The notes beneath the pieces are model-generated. The model did no database searches. It saw nothing but the letters and a program-made list of their open reading frames with translations, and was not told the DNA's origin. From the NCBI GenBank assembly GCA_035686425.1, contig DASRZL010000098.1:2761-66760 (forward strand): a stretch of DNA of 64,000 nucleotides, given 5' to 3'. Both the position numbers and the translations under genes were made by a program. Within the stretch, counting starts at the first letter, position 1; the number at the start of each line of letters is the position of its first letter. The DNA comes from Thermoleophilia bacterium. Its GTDB lineage: Bacteria; Actinomycetota; Thermoleophilia; UBA2241. Shown one piece after another: positions 21,798 to 30,217 of this stretch.

Positions 21798-22895
21798 ATG
21801 CCGCGCCATCGCCTCGCTCCCGACGTCTTCGCCCTGCCCGTCGACCGCATCCGCGAGGGGTACTACACCGACGCGTATTTCAACGGGTCCAAGCGCGTGC
21901 TTGAGGCCAAGGGCCGGCATCCGACGATGACCATGCAGGTCTTCCAGAAGACAGACGGCGCAGTGCTCGGCGGCATGGACGAGGCTCTGGCGACGCTGCG
22001 TCTCTGCGCCGGTCACTTCGAGGGCGAGGGGGCCACGCGGCGGTGGCGCGACGGCTGGGACCAGCTCGTCGTGCACGCGCTCTACGACGGCGACGAGCTC
22101 TCGGCGTGGGAGACGGTGCTGACGATCGAGGGCGACTACAGCCTCTTCGCACACCTCGAGACCGTGTACCTCGGCGTGCTCTCGCGGCGCACCCTGGTCA
22201 GCACCAACGTGCGCCGCGTCGTCGAGGCCGCGCGCGGCAAGACCATCCTCTTCTTTCCCGCCCGCTTCGACCACTACCGGGTCCAGACCGGCGACGGCTA
22301 CGCGGCGCACATCGCCGGAGCCATCGGCGTCAGCACCGACGCCCAGGCGTCGTGGTGGGGCGGCAAGGGCATCGGCACGGTGCCGCACGCGCTCATCGCC
22401 GCGTACGGCGGCGACACCGTGGCGGCGGCGCAAGCGTTTGCCGATCTGTACCACCCCGAGATCAACGTGACGGCGCTGGTCGACTGGGACAACGACTGCG
22501 TGGCGACCAGCCTCGCCTGCGCGCGGGCGCTCGGTAAGCGGCTCTGGGGCGTCCGTCTCGACACGAGCGAGACCATGGTCGACCGCTCGCTCTGGGACGA
22601 CATGGGTGTCTTCCGGCCGAACGGCGTGGCGCCGGAGCTTGTCCACGCGGTACGTCGCGCGCTCGACGATGAAGGATTCCAGAGCGTGCACATCGTCGTC
22701 AGCGGCGGCTTCGACGCGGAGCGCATCCGGCGCTTCGAGGCGGCCGGCGTGCCGGCCGACGCCTACGGGGTCGGGAGCAGCCTGCTGCGCGGCAACACCG
22801 ACTTCACGGCCGACGTCGTCCTGCTCGAGGGAGAGCCCTGCGCCAAGGTGGGCCGGCGTCACCGTCCGAACCCCCGGCTCGAGCGCGTGACGTAG
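21798..22895 (+). CDS. pncB: Nicotinate phosphoribosyltransferase-like (type II PRTase)
   Basis: YTDAYF, GTVPHALI (phospho-His position), GVRLDT, IVVSGGF, GVGS. Adjacent to a nicotinamidase-like gene. Confidence 0.8.
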   Translation: MPRHRLAPDVFALPVDRIREGYYTDAYFNGSKRVLEAKGRHPTMTMQVFQKTDGAVLGGMDEALATLRLCAGHFEGEGATRRWRDGWDQLVVHALYDGDELSAWETVLTIEGDYSLFAHLETVYLGVLSRRTLVSTNVRRVVEAARGKTILFFPARFDHYRVQTGDGYAAHIAGAIGVSTDAQASWWGGKGIGTVPHALIAAYGGDTVAAAQAFADLYHPEINVTALVDWDNDCVATSLACARALGKRLWGVRLDTSETMVDRSLWDDMGVFRPNGVAPELVHAVRRALDDEGFQSVHIVVSGGFDAERIRRFEAAGVPADAYGVGSSLLRGNTDFTADVVLLEGEPCAKVGRRHRPNPRLERVT

Positions 22896-22921
22896 CTCCC
22901 GCTGCCGGGTATCCGACCGGT

Positions 22922-23473
22922 ATGGACGATTCCACGAAGCCGCGCCGGGCGATCGTCGTCGTCGACATGCTGGTCGGCTTCTGCCGGGGCGGCAGCCTGT
23001 ACAGCCCGCGCTACGACCCTCTGGTCCCGCGCATCAGGGAGCGGCTCGCGGCCGCCGAGGCGGACGGCATCCCCGCCGTCTTCCTGGTCGACACGCACAC
23101 CCCCGACGACCCCGAGTTCGCGATGTTCCCCGCCCACTGCGTGGAGGGCTCCGGGGAGGGCGAAGTGATCCCGGAGCTCAAGGAGTTCGCCGACCGAGGG
23201 ACTGTGGTGCGCAAGAGCACGTTCTCCGGGTTCCACGGCACCGAGCTCGCGGAAGTGCTCGCGCGGCTCGCGCCCGATGTCGTCGAGGTGGCCGGCGTGT
23301 GCACCGACATCTGCGTGCTGCACACGGTCGCCGGCCTCAGGGCGCAGGGCTACGAGGTGCTGGTGCACAAGGAGCTCGTCGAGACCTATGACGCGCCGGG
23401 GCACGACGCCGAGGAGTTCAACCGCTTCGCGCTGGCACACGTCCGCGACGTGCTGGGCGCGAAGGTCGAGTGA
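22922..23473 (+). CDS. pncA: Cysteine hydrolase / isochorismatase family, probable nicotinamidase
   Basis: Catalytic D (VVDM), K (RKSTF) and C (GVCTDIC); metal ligands D-x-H and H-C. Confidence 0.7.
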   Translation: MDDSTKPRRAIVVVDMLVGFCRGGSLYSPRYDPLVPRIRERLAAAEADGIPAVFLVDTHTPDDPEFAMFPAHCVEGSGEGEVIPELKEFADRGTVVRKSTFSGFHGTELAEVLARLAPDVVEVAGVCTDICVLHTVAGLRAQGYEVLVHKELVETYDAPGHDAEEFNRFALAHVRDVLGAKVE

Positions 23474-23570
23474 GCGGCCCGGGATGCATTGCTCCTATCG
23501 GCGCCCCGCACGTCGACCCGAGTACGTCGGCTAGTGTGCGGTGCCCCGCACGCCAGCCCGTCTGCGTGGG

Positions 23571-24197
23571 CTACTCATCCTCCGCGTGGGTTTCCGAGCC
23601 TTGGTCCTCAAGCAGGTCGACGAAGCTCTGCGAGCGCCTGCCCGTCGTCGACTTGGGATCGAGCCGGGCGGCCGTCTGCCATTCGCTCTTCGCCTCGCCC
23701 ACGCGGCCGGCGGAGAAGTGGATGATGGCCATCGAGTAGTGCGCGGCCTGGTCGTCCGGGTGGGCGTCGAGCACCGCGCGCAGGGACTTCTCCGCGCGGC
23801 CTGATTCGCCCTTGGCGTGCCAGACCATGGCCAGACCGACCTCGGCGGCCGCGTTGTCCGGATCCTGCTGGAGGACCTCGTCGTACGCCTGCCTCGCCAG
23901 TTGCAGACGTTGGCCCAGGAAATACGCCTCGCCGAGCTTCACCAGGACGTCCACGTCGGCGGGATCTTCTGCGCGCTGCCCCTCGAGACGAGCGATGGTG
24001 TCCTCGACGCCGGCGTCGGGGGCGGGGTCCTCGGCCGGCTTGCTTTCGGCGGCGACACTGGGATGCCCCGACGGCACCGCCTCGGTAACCGTGCCGGCCG
24101 CAGCGCCGTCGTCACCAGAGGTCATGCCGGCGACGACGACGACAGCAGCAACGGCCACCGCGGCACCGACAGCGATGAGGGCCCAGGATCGTCTCAC
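23571..24197 (-). CDS. Signal-anchored tetratricopeptide repeat protein
   Basis: N-terminal hydrophobic anchor and several TPR-like helical repeats (LGEAYF..A..AY.EVL..DP.N). Confidence 0.8.
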   Translation of the reverse strand: MRRSWALIAVGAAVAVAAVVVVAGMTSGDDGAAAGTVTEAVPSGHPSVAAESKPAEDPAPDAGVEDTIARLEGQRAEDPADVDVLVKLGEAYFLGQRLQLARQAYDEVLQQDPDNAAAEVGLAMVWHAKGESGRAEKSLRAVLDAHPDDQAAHYSMAIIHFSAGRVGEAKSEWQTAARLDPKSTTGRRSQSFVDLLEDQGSETHAEDE

Positions 24198-24324
24198 TCT
24201 CGTCCTTCCGTGGGGGAGTGCGCAAGAGCGCCTCCGCAGGATACCACCGGGTTTCGCGGCTCGCGACCGGGTTTTGCCCGCAAAGCGGCACTATCGACAA
24301 CGACTGGGGCAGGTCTCCCCAAAG

Positions 24325-24341
24325 CTTAACCGGCACTTAAC
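24325..24341. promoter_or_regulatory. Tandem CTTAAC-N5-CTTAAC box (11-bp period; OmpR/PhoB-type site)
   Basis: Exact 6-bp direct repeat with 11-bp spacing in the divergent TPR/Rrf2 intergenic region. Confidence 0.45.
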
Positions 24342-24358
24342 ACGATGCGGGCGCGCGG

Positions 24359-24388
24359 TTGACCTCGCGGCGTCCGCGGCTATACAGT
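24359..24388 (+). promoter_or_regulatory. Sigma70-type promoter of the Rrf2 gene
   Basis: TTGACC at 24359 and TACAGT at 24383 (18-nt spacer). Confidence 0.55.
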
Positions 24389-24394
24389 TCAAAA

Positions 24395-24413
24395 GGACCG
24401 TTTCTGTCCGGTC
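24395..24413. promoter_or_regulatory. Palindromic operator just downstream of the Rrf2 promoter (likely autoregulatory)
   Basis: GGAC-N7-GTCC overlapping GACCG-N8-CGGTC. Confidence 0.4.
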
Positions 24414-24435
24414 TGTCGATCAAAGGTGAGGGACC

Positions 24436-24858
24436 ATGGGCCTCCAACTCACACGCGGTGCCGAGTACGCCATCAGGGCGATGTCGTACCTTGCGCGCTT
24501 CCCCGAGGGTCACGTCGCGTCGTTGCATGAGATCGGCGAGGCTCAGGACATCCCCGAGAGCTTCCTCGCCAAGATCCTGCAGAGTCTGGTGCGCGCGGAC
24601 CTCACGGTTTCTCAGCGGGGAGCGCACGGAGGCTTCGCGCTTGCCCGCCCGGCCGCGGAGATCACCATGCAGCAGGTGATCGAGGCGGTCGACGGCCCCA
24701 TCTCCGTGAACCAGTGCGTGCTCAGCCCTCAGGACTGCGCGCGGAGTGCGTCCTGCACGGTGCACGAGGCGTGGCTGCGAGCACAGGGTCAACTCATGGA
24801 CGTGCTGGGCTCCATCACGCTCGAGTCGCTGGCGCCTGCGCCGGCGACCGTCGACTGA
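24436..24858 (+). CDS. Rrf2 family transcriptional regulator with Fe-S ligand set (IscR/NsrR-like)
   Basis: EYAIRAM, RGAHGGFALARP, and C-x6-C-x5-C-x2-H. Confidence 0.9.
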   Translation: MGLQLTRGAEYAIRAMSYLARFPEGHVASLHEIGEAQDIPESFLAKILQSLVRADLTVSQRGAHGGFALARPAAEITMQQVIEAVDGPISVNQCVLSPQDCARSASCTVHEAWLRAQGQLMDVLGSITLESLAPAPATVD

Positions 24859-24872
24859 CCTCCGGCTGATCC

Positions 24873-25847
24873 TCAGCCGGCCGCGTACCCCTCGGGGTTG
24901 CGGCACATCCACGCCCACGCATCCGAGACGGCGTCCTTCAGGCTGCGATTCGGGCGCCACCCCAGATCCAGTTGCGCCCGCCGGTTGCCGGCGACGAGGA
25001 TCGGCGGGTCTCCGGCACGTCGAGGCGCCGTCTCCCGCCGCAGCGACAGCCCCGTGACCGACTCGACCGTCTCGAGGACGGCGTGGACGGAATCCCCGCG
25101 GCCGGTACCGAGGTTGAACGAGCCCTGGACTCCGGGGAGCGCCTCAAGCGCGGCGATGTGCGCATCCGCGAGATCGGCGACGTGAACGTAGTCGCGTACG
25201 CAGGTACCGTCCGGAGTCGGGTAGTCGGTCCCGAAGACGCGGATCGGCGTGCCGTCCCGCGCGGCGCGGAGCGCGAGCGGGACGAGGTGCGACTCCGGGT
25301 CGTGGTCCTCGCCGCAGGCGCCGTAGGCGCCGCAGGCGTTGAAGTAGCGAAGGGCGGTGCCGGCGAGATCGCCGCCGGAGCGCGCCTGATGGAGAAGACG
25401 CTCGCAGGCGAGCTTGGTGGCGCCGTACGGGTTCGAGGGAGCGAGCGGATCGTTCTCATCGATCGGCGTCCGTTCAGGCGCGCCGTACACGGCCGCCGTC
25501 GAGCTGAAGACCAGGCGGGCGGCACCGGCGGCGATGGCAGCTTCGATGACCGCAGCGGTGCCGTCCACGTTGACGCTGTGGTAGCGCTCAGGCTCGGCGA
25601 CCGACTCGGCGACCTCGGCGAGCGCCGCCATGTGCACGACAGCGTCGCAGCCGGCTTCGACCAGGGCCTTGCGAAGGAGGATACCGTCGCGGATGTCGCC
25701 GCGCACGAGGGGTGCCCCCGCGGGGAGCGCTGCCGCGTGCCCGCGGGAGAGATCGTCGTAGACCACCACGTAGTGCCCGCGCGCCGCGAGGCGCGCGACG
25801 ATCACGCTGCCGATGTAGCCGGCCCCGCCGGTGACAAGGACTCGCAT
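24873..25847 (-). CDS. galE: UDP-glucose 4-epimerase
   Basis: TGGAGYIG, FSSTAAVYG, NPYGATK, LRYFNACG, GTCVRDYVHV. Confidence 0.93.
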   Translation of the reverse strand: MRVLVTGGAGYIGSVIVARLAARGHYVVVYDDLSRGHAAALPAGAPLVRGDIRDGILLRKALVEAGCDAVVHMAALAEVAESVAEPERYHSVNVDGTAAVIEAAIAAGAARLVFSSTAAVYGAPERTPIDENDPLAPSNPYGATKLACERLLHQARSGGDLAGTALRYFNACGAYGACGEDHDPESHLVPLALRAARDGTPIRVFGTDYPTPDGTCVRDYVHVADLADAHIAALEALPGVQGSFNLGTGRGDSVHAVLETVESVTGLSLRRETAPRRAGDPPILVAGNRRAQLDLGWRPNRSLKDAVSDAWAWMCRNPEGYAAG

Positions 25848-25921
25848 GCGGCGATGCTATCAGGCGCGCCTGCGTGCGGCCGCCCGCCCGGGCGCTGCTC
25901 AGGTCGCCCCATGGCGCCGGT

Positions 25922-28297
25922 TCACCTCACGTTGTCGACCCAGATGGTCATGAACGCGGAGTTCATCGCCTTGACCTTGATGCGCACGCCGAGCTTCGGG
26001 ATCCGGGTCCCCGCTTCGGGCGCATCCGCGTACCACCAGGTCCTGCCGTCGTTGAACCACGGCCGGGCGGGCTTGCCCGGGGCCGTGCTCTCACCGACGG
26101 CCGTGCCCTGGTCGTAGTCGACGAAGTAGATGCTCTCCGTCTTCGTCGGCTTGGTGCTGAAGGACGCGTCGCGCACCTGGATGCGCGGCCGCCAGTAGCC
26201 CATGTAGTCGGTCTGGCCATCGCTGTAGGCGACGCCGGTCGGTCTCGGGTGGGCATCCACGACCTGCCATCCGCCGCGGCCGCTGTGGGTGGCTACGTCG
26301 TTGTCCAGGTAGAAGGTGTCGCGGTAGATCAGGTGCAGGCCGCGGTTGTAGCTGAACCAGTCGACCCAGCTGAGATAGTCGTGGTTCCACTGGTAGCAGT
26401 TCTTGAGACTCTCGTCGAAGCCGTCGTAGGTGCGGTATTCCGCGATGTAGTAGCGCGTGGTCGTCTGGGCCCGCCGGCCGTCGACGCGGAGCCAGCCGCC
26501 GGTCCTGAAGGCGGAGGCCGGCAGGGCGCCGCCGCCGATCTTGATGTCGGTGACTTCCCAGCCGTTCAGGGCCACACCGCCGTCGGTCATGTACTCGAAC
26601 CGGACGAGGATGCTCTCGCCCTCGTAGGCGGCGAGGTCGACCGTGACCGTTTCGGCCCAGTGGTCCATATCGCTGCCGGTGTACTCCCTGAGGGTGCCCC
26701 AGGTGTCACCGCCATCGTTCGACACCTCGACGAGGCCGTAATCGTAGCCTTGCTCGATGTCGTACCAGGTGCGGAAGGTGAGGTCGCCGCCCGTGGGCAC
26801 CGCGACCGCGTTCTTGGTCTCGAGGACGACGTCGAGGTCGTTGCCCATGGTCGAGTACCACTCCATTGGGCCGTCCCTGCCGCTGAGCCGGATGACGTGC
26901 CTGGCCTTGGGCAGCGGGATCTTGACGGCCGTGGCGTTGGAGCGGCCGTCGGCGGCCGCCTGCAGCCTCACCGTCGCGGTGCGCCCACGCTTGACGACCT
27001 TAGGCTGGACGAAGCCGAGGGAGGTCTTGTCGGCGGCGTTCATCGCCGCGGGCTTGGTGCCGATGCCCCACTGACGACCCAGCCAGGAGCCGCTGGCCAT
27101 GATGGTCCAGAAGCCGCTACTGGCGTCGCCGGTCGTGCTCGAGTAGTCGTACTGGTCCGGGAGGCCGAGGTCGTGGCCGAACTCGTGGCAGAACACGCCG
27201 ACGTCGCCGTCCTCGGGGTTGATCGTGTAGTTGTAGGCCCAGATGCCGAGGCCCTGCGGGCCCATGCCGTCGGTGCCGGGGATCATCATGCCTGGTCCAT
27301 TTCCGGGGCCGCCGCTGTGATTCTCGTCGATGCTCCACGAGTGCGCCCAGATGGCGTCGGCCTCCTGAGCGCCGCCGCCGGCCGACTGGTCGCTGCCGGC
27401 GTGGATGAGGATCAGGTGGTCGAGGTAGCCGTCCGGCTGGTCGAAGGCCGGACCGGTGATGCCCCAGGGGTTCTCGCGGTCGTACCGCGACCAATCCCAG
27501 CCGGGATTGTCTTGGGCGAACTTGATGATCGCGTCGCGGGCCACGCGCCAGACCGGTCCCGTGAGGTCGTCGGTCCAGTTCCAGGCGTCGCTGTCCGCGC
27601 CGTACCAGGACTCCGGCAGGTCGAGCGTGACCCAGTCGCCTACGTCGCCGGCGACCGTGTACGTACCGTGTGACTGTTCGAGGTAGTAGTTGCGCATCGT
27701 GTCGTCGCTGGTGCCGCGGAGTTGCGTCGCGAACGCCAGGCCGTTGCGACCCGCGGCCTTCGTCGCCGTCCGGCTGTCCTCGCTCAGAGAGAAGCCCAAG
27801 GCGCCGTAGATCGGATACGAGTTGCCGAAGAGCATCTGCCGGTAGTGCATCGAGCTGAAGTCCCCCGGCCAGAAGGTGGCGTTGTCGTCGGGCGCCGGTG
27901 ACGGGATCTGACCGGCCCGGGGGCCGTCCGTGTGGTGGCCGGAGGAGTCGCCCTCGGGCCACGGGTCGGTGCCGAACTCGACCAGAAGCACCAGCGCGTT
28001 GGTCGCGTAGGTGCCGGCGCCTCGGGCCTTGGCCACGCGGGCGGAGAGGTAGCGACCGAGCGTCTTGCCCGGCGCCACGGCGCCCACGGCCGGCTTGACC
28101 GGATGCTCGGTCCCCTGTGCGCCGAGCGCCCGCGCGGCGGCGCGGGCCATGGCCGGCGTCGCGTAGCTCGGCACGACGCCGAGGCGCATCAGGTTCTTCG
28201 CGATGAGGATCTCATTGGGCGGTACGGCGCCGGCCGGCGCCGTGGCCACGATCGCGAGCAGCGCCCCGAATGCCACGCCCACCAGGATTCTTCGCAC
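25922..28297 (-). CDS. Secreted immune inhibitor A-like metalloprotease (peptidase M6)
   Basis: Signal peptide, HLILIHAG, zinc motif HEFGHDLGLPD, W.IMASGSW. Confidence 0.9.
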   Translation of the reverse strand: MRRILVGVAFGALLAIVATAPAGAVPPNEILIAKNLMRLGVVPSYATPAMARAAARALGAQGTEHPVKPAVGAVAPGKTLGRYLSARVAKARGAGTYATNALVLLVEFGTDPWPEGDSSGHHTDGPRAGQIPSPAPDDNATFWPGDFSSMHYRQMLFGNSYPIYGALGFSLSEDSRTATKAAGRNGLAFATQLRGTSDDTMRNYYLEQSHGTYTVAGDVGDWVTLDLPESWYGADSDAWNWTDDLTGPVWRVARDAIIKFAQDNPGWDWSRYDRENPWGITGPAFDQPDGYLDHLILIHAGSDQSAGGGAQEADAIWAHSWSIDENHSGGPGNGPGMMIPGTDGMGPQGLGIWAYNYTINPEDGDVGVFCHEFGHDLGLPDQYDYSSTTGDASSGFWTIMASGSWLGRQWGIGTKPAAMNAADKTSLGFVQPKVVKRGRTATVRLQAAADGRSNATAVKIPLPKARHVIRLSGRDGPMEWYSTMGNDLDVVLETKNAVAVPTGGDLTFRTWYDIEQGYDYGLVEVSNDGGDTWGTLREYTGSDMDHWAETVTVDLAAYEGESILVRFEYMTDGGVALNGWEVTDIKIGGGALPASAFRTGGWLRVDGRRAQTTTRYYIAEYRTYDGFDESLKNCYQWNHDYLSWVDWFSYNRGLHLIYRDTFYLDNDVATHSGRGGWQVVDAHPRPTGVAYSDGQTDYMGYWRPRIQVRDASFSTKPTKTESIYFVDYDQGTAVGESTAPGKPARPWFNDGRTWWYADAPEAGTRIPKLGVRIKVKAMNSAFMTIWVDNVR

Positions 28298-28435
28298 TGC
28301 CGCCCCCTTCGTCGATGACGTTCTGGAGGACGCACCGGCTGACGCTGGTCACTCGCCGGCACTCGCTACGCGGATCCAGGGAGTCTACGACGGACGATTC
28401 GTCCCGGCGATGGCCCGGGGGGCCCGTGGCGGATA

Positions 28436-28477
28436 CAAAAGAGGCGCCCGGTGGCCGGAAGGGCCGCCGGGCGCCTG
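28436..28477 (-). terminator. Intrinsic terminator downstream of the FmdB-like gene
   Basis: AGGCGCCCGG/CCGGGCGCCT stem followed by UUUUG on the minus strand. Confidence 0.7.
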
Positions 28478-28502
28478 CATGAGCCGTCGCCCACTCGGGC
28501 GA

Positions 28503-28549
28503 TGAGGCTGAGCTGTGCGGCGCGACCGCGCCGCCGTGTTTCAGCCTCA
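28503..28549 (-). promoter_or_regulatory. Bacterial SECIS-like hairpin starting at the UGA codon
   Basis: UGA + 12 nt + GCGGCGC-[GGUC]-GCGCCGC. The lower stem UGAGGCUGA pairs with UCAGCCUCA. Confidence 0.7.
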
Positions 28550-28747
28550 GCCGAAGCCGCTGCTGCTCGGGACGGCGCAACCGCCGCCCGAACTGCCGCC
28601 GATGTTCTTGAGGAAGCTCGTGAACTTCTGCCGGACGTCGACGCTGTCGCAGTCCGGGCAGGTCTTGTCCTCGTCTTTGAGGAAGCCCTGCCGGAAGACT
28701 TCGAACTCGAGGCCGCACGCGTCGCAGATCAGGTCGTAGGACGCCAT
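28541..28747 (-). CDS. FmdB-family zinc-ribbon protein, probable selenoprotein (Sec67; ends GFG-U-G)
   Basis: CDAC...CPDC ribbon and GGAGG SD. The in-frame TGA at 28547-28549 is followed by GGC TGA and a SECIS-like hairpin. Without recoding the CDS ends at 28547. Confidence 0.75.
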
Positions 28748-28773
28748 GATCCTCCATCTCGGTGGTGGACAAT

Positions 28774-28789
28774 ATACCCTAGGGGGTAT
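28774..28789. promoter_or_regulatory. CsoR/CstR/RcnR-family operator overlapping the FmdB-gene -10
   Basis: ATACCCTAGGGGGTAT (ATACC-N6-GGTAT with C/G tracts); minus-strand TATAAT at 28788-28793. Confidence 0.7.
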
Positions 28790-28894
28790 TATACGCGAAG
28801 CTTGCGGGGGCGCAAACATCGGTCCCGGGGTAAGCTCTGCCGCGTGAGGGGACGTGAGGCGCACCGCCGGCGTCCGGAACAGAAAGGGAGATCC

Positions 28895-29380
28895 ATGAAG
28901 TCCAGGACGCTCGCGCTCGCGACGCTCGTCGCGGCTGTTCTCATCGCCGCCGTCGCGCTCTCCGCCTGCGGCTCGTCATCGGATACGCCGACCACCTCGG
29001 GCGACGTCGAGGTCATCGCGCCCAGCGCCTTCAGCGTGTCCGACTACGCCGGCAAGCCGCTGGTGATCAACTTCTTCGGCTCCTGGTGCGGGCCGTGCAA
29101 CGCGGAGGCTCCGGATCTCGCCACCTTCGCCACGGACAATCCCGATGCGCAGATCGTGGGCATCGCCGTGGATGACAGCGAAGGCGACGCCGTGGGTTTC
29201 ATGAACGAGTACGGACTCTCGTTCACGCTGGTGGTCGACGACCAGAGCCTCGCCGGCGAGTACGGCATCACCGGTGTGCCGACGACGATCTTCTTCGACG
29301 CCCAAGGCCAAGAGACCGACCGCCTCATCGGCGCCTCTACGCTGGCGCAGTTCGACGCAGGCTTCGCGAAGGCCCAGTGA
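28895..29380 (+). CDS. TlpA/ResA-like thiol-disulfide oxidoreductase lipoprotein
   Basis: Lipobox LSAC, active site WCGPC, cis-Pro GVPT. Confidence 0.88.
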   Translation: MKSRTLALATLVAAVLIAAVALSACGSSSDTPTTSGDVEVIAPSAFSVSDYAGKPLVINFFGSWCGPCNAEAPDLATFATDNPDAQIVGIAVDDSEGDAVGFMNEYGLSFTLVVDDQSLAGEYGITGVPTTIFFDAQGQETDRLIGASTLAQFDAGFAKAQ

Positions 29381-29419
29381 GGCCGCCGGCGCGGCAGTGA
29401 CGGCCGGCGTGGTCCTCGC

Positions 29420-30139
29420 ATGACCGCGGTCGAGATCACCTCTCTCAGCCTGACGGCGATCGGCCTCGCCTTCGCCGCCGGGCTGCTCTCGTTCGTCTCT
29501 CCCTGCGTCCTGCCGCTCCTGCCGGTCTACCTCTCGTTCATCTCCGGCGTGGGCGTCGAGGACCTCGGCCGGGAGCATCGCCGCCTGCTCTGGACGTCGC
29601 TGCTCTTCGTCGCCGGGTTCACGGCCGTGTTCGTGCTCATGGGAGCCGGCGCCGGCGGCGTCGGCCGGCTCCTGATCAGATACCGGCAGGAGCTGATGAT
29701 CGCCGCCGGCGCCTTCATCGTCGTGAGTGGCCTCCTGGTCTCCGGCGTGATCAAGCTGCCGGAGCCGGTGCTCAAGGTGGCGCCGAAGCGCGCCGGCGCC
29801 GCCGGCGCCTTCTTCACCGGCGCCGCCCTCGCCATCGGCTGGACGCCGTGCGTCGGCTACGTGCTCGGCGCGATCCTCTCCATGGCCGCCACCAGTCAGA
29901 GCGTGCTCACGGGCTCACTTCTTCTTCTGGTCTACTCGATCGGGCTCGGCGTGCCCTTCGTGCTCGCCGCGCTCGCCTTCGACTGGGTGAGCGCCCGGCT
30001 CGGCTGGGTCAAGCGCCACTATCGCACCATCCAGGTGGCCGCCGGCGCGCTCCTCGTCGTGTTCGGCGTGCTCATGATGCTGGGCGTCCTCGAACAGCTC
30101 GGCCGTTGGCTGCCGGCCTTCAGTCCAGGTGGGCTGTAA
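29420..30139 (+). CDS. ccdA: Cytochrome c biogenesis / DsbD-type membrane electron transporter CcdA
   Basis: SFVSPCVLPL and GWTPCVG motifs; 6 TM helices. Confidence 0.92.
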   Translation: MTAVEITSLSLTAIGLAFAAGLLSFVSPCVLPLLPVYLSFISGVGVEDLGREHRRLLWTSLLFVAGFTAVFVLMGAGAGGVGRLLIRYRQELMIAAGAFIVVSGLLVSGVIKLPEPVLKVAPKRAGAAGAFFTGAALAIGWTPCVGYVLGAILSMAATSQSVLTGSLLLLVYSIGLGVPFVLAALAFDWVSARLGWVKRHYRTIQVAAGALLVVFGVLMMLGVLEQLGRWLPAFSPGGL

Positions 30140-30217
30140 GCCGGTCCGGTCTCCGACGCCGCGGTGGGTGCGACCCGGCGCGCGTCCTGAGGTGGCGCGC
30201 GCGATATCCTTGACGGC

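Noticed and set aside
28541-28543. Second UGA as another selenocysteine
   Set aside because: It is only 13 nt from the apical loop, too close for SECIS geometry, and the downstream frame has no protein-like continuation.
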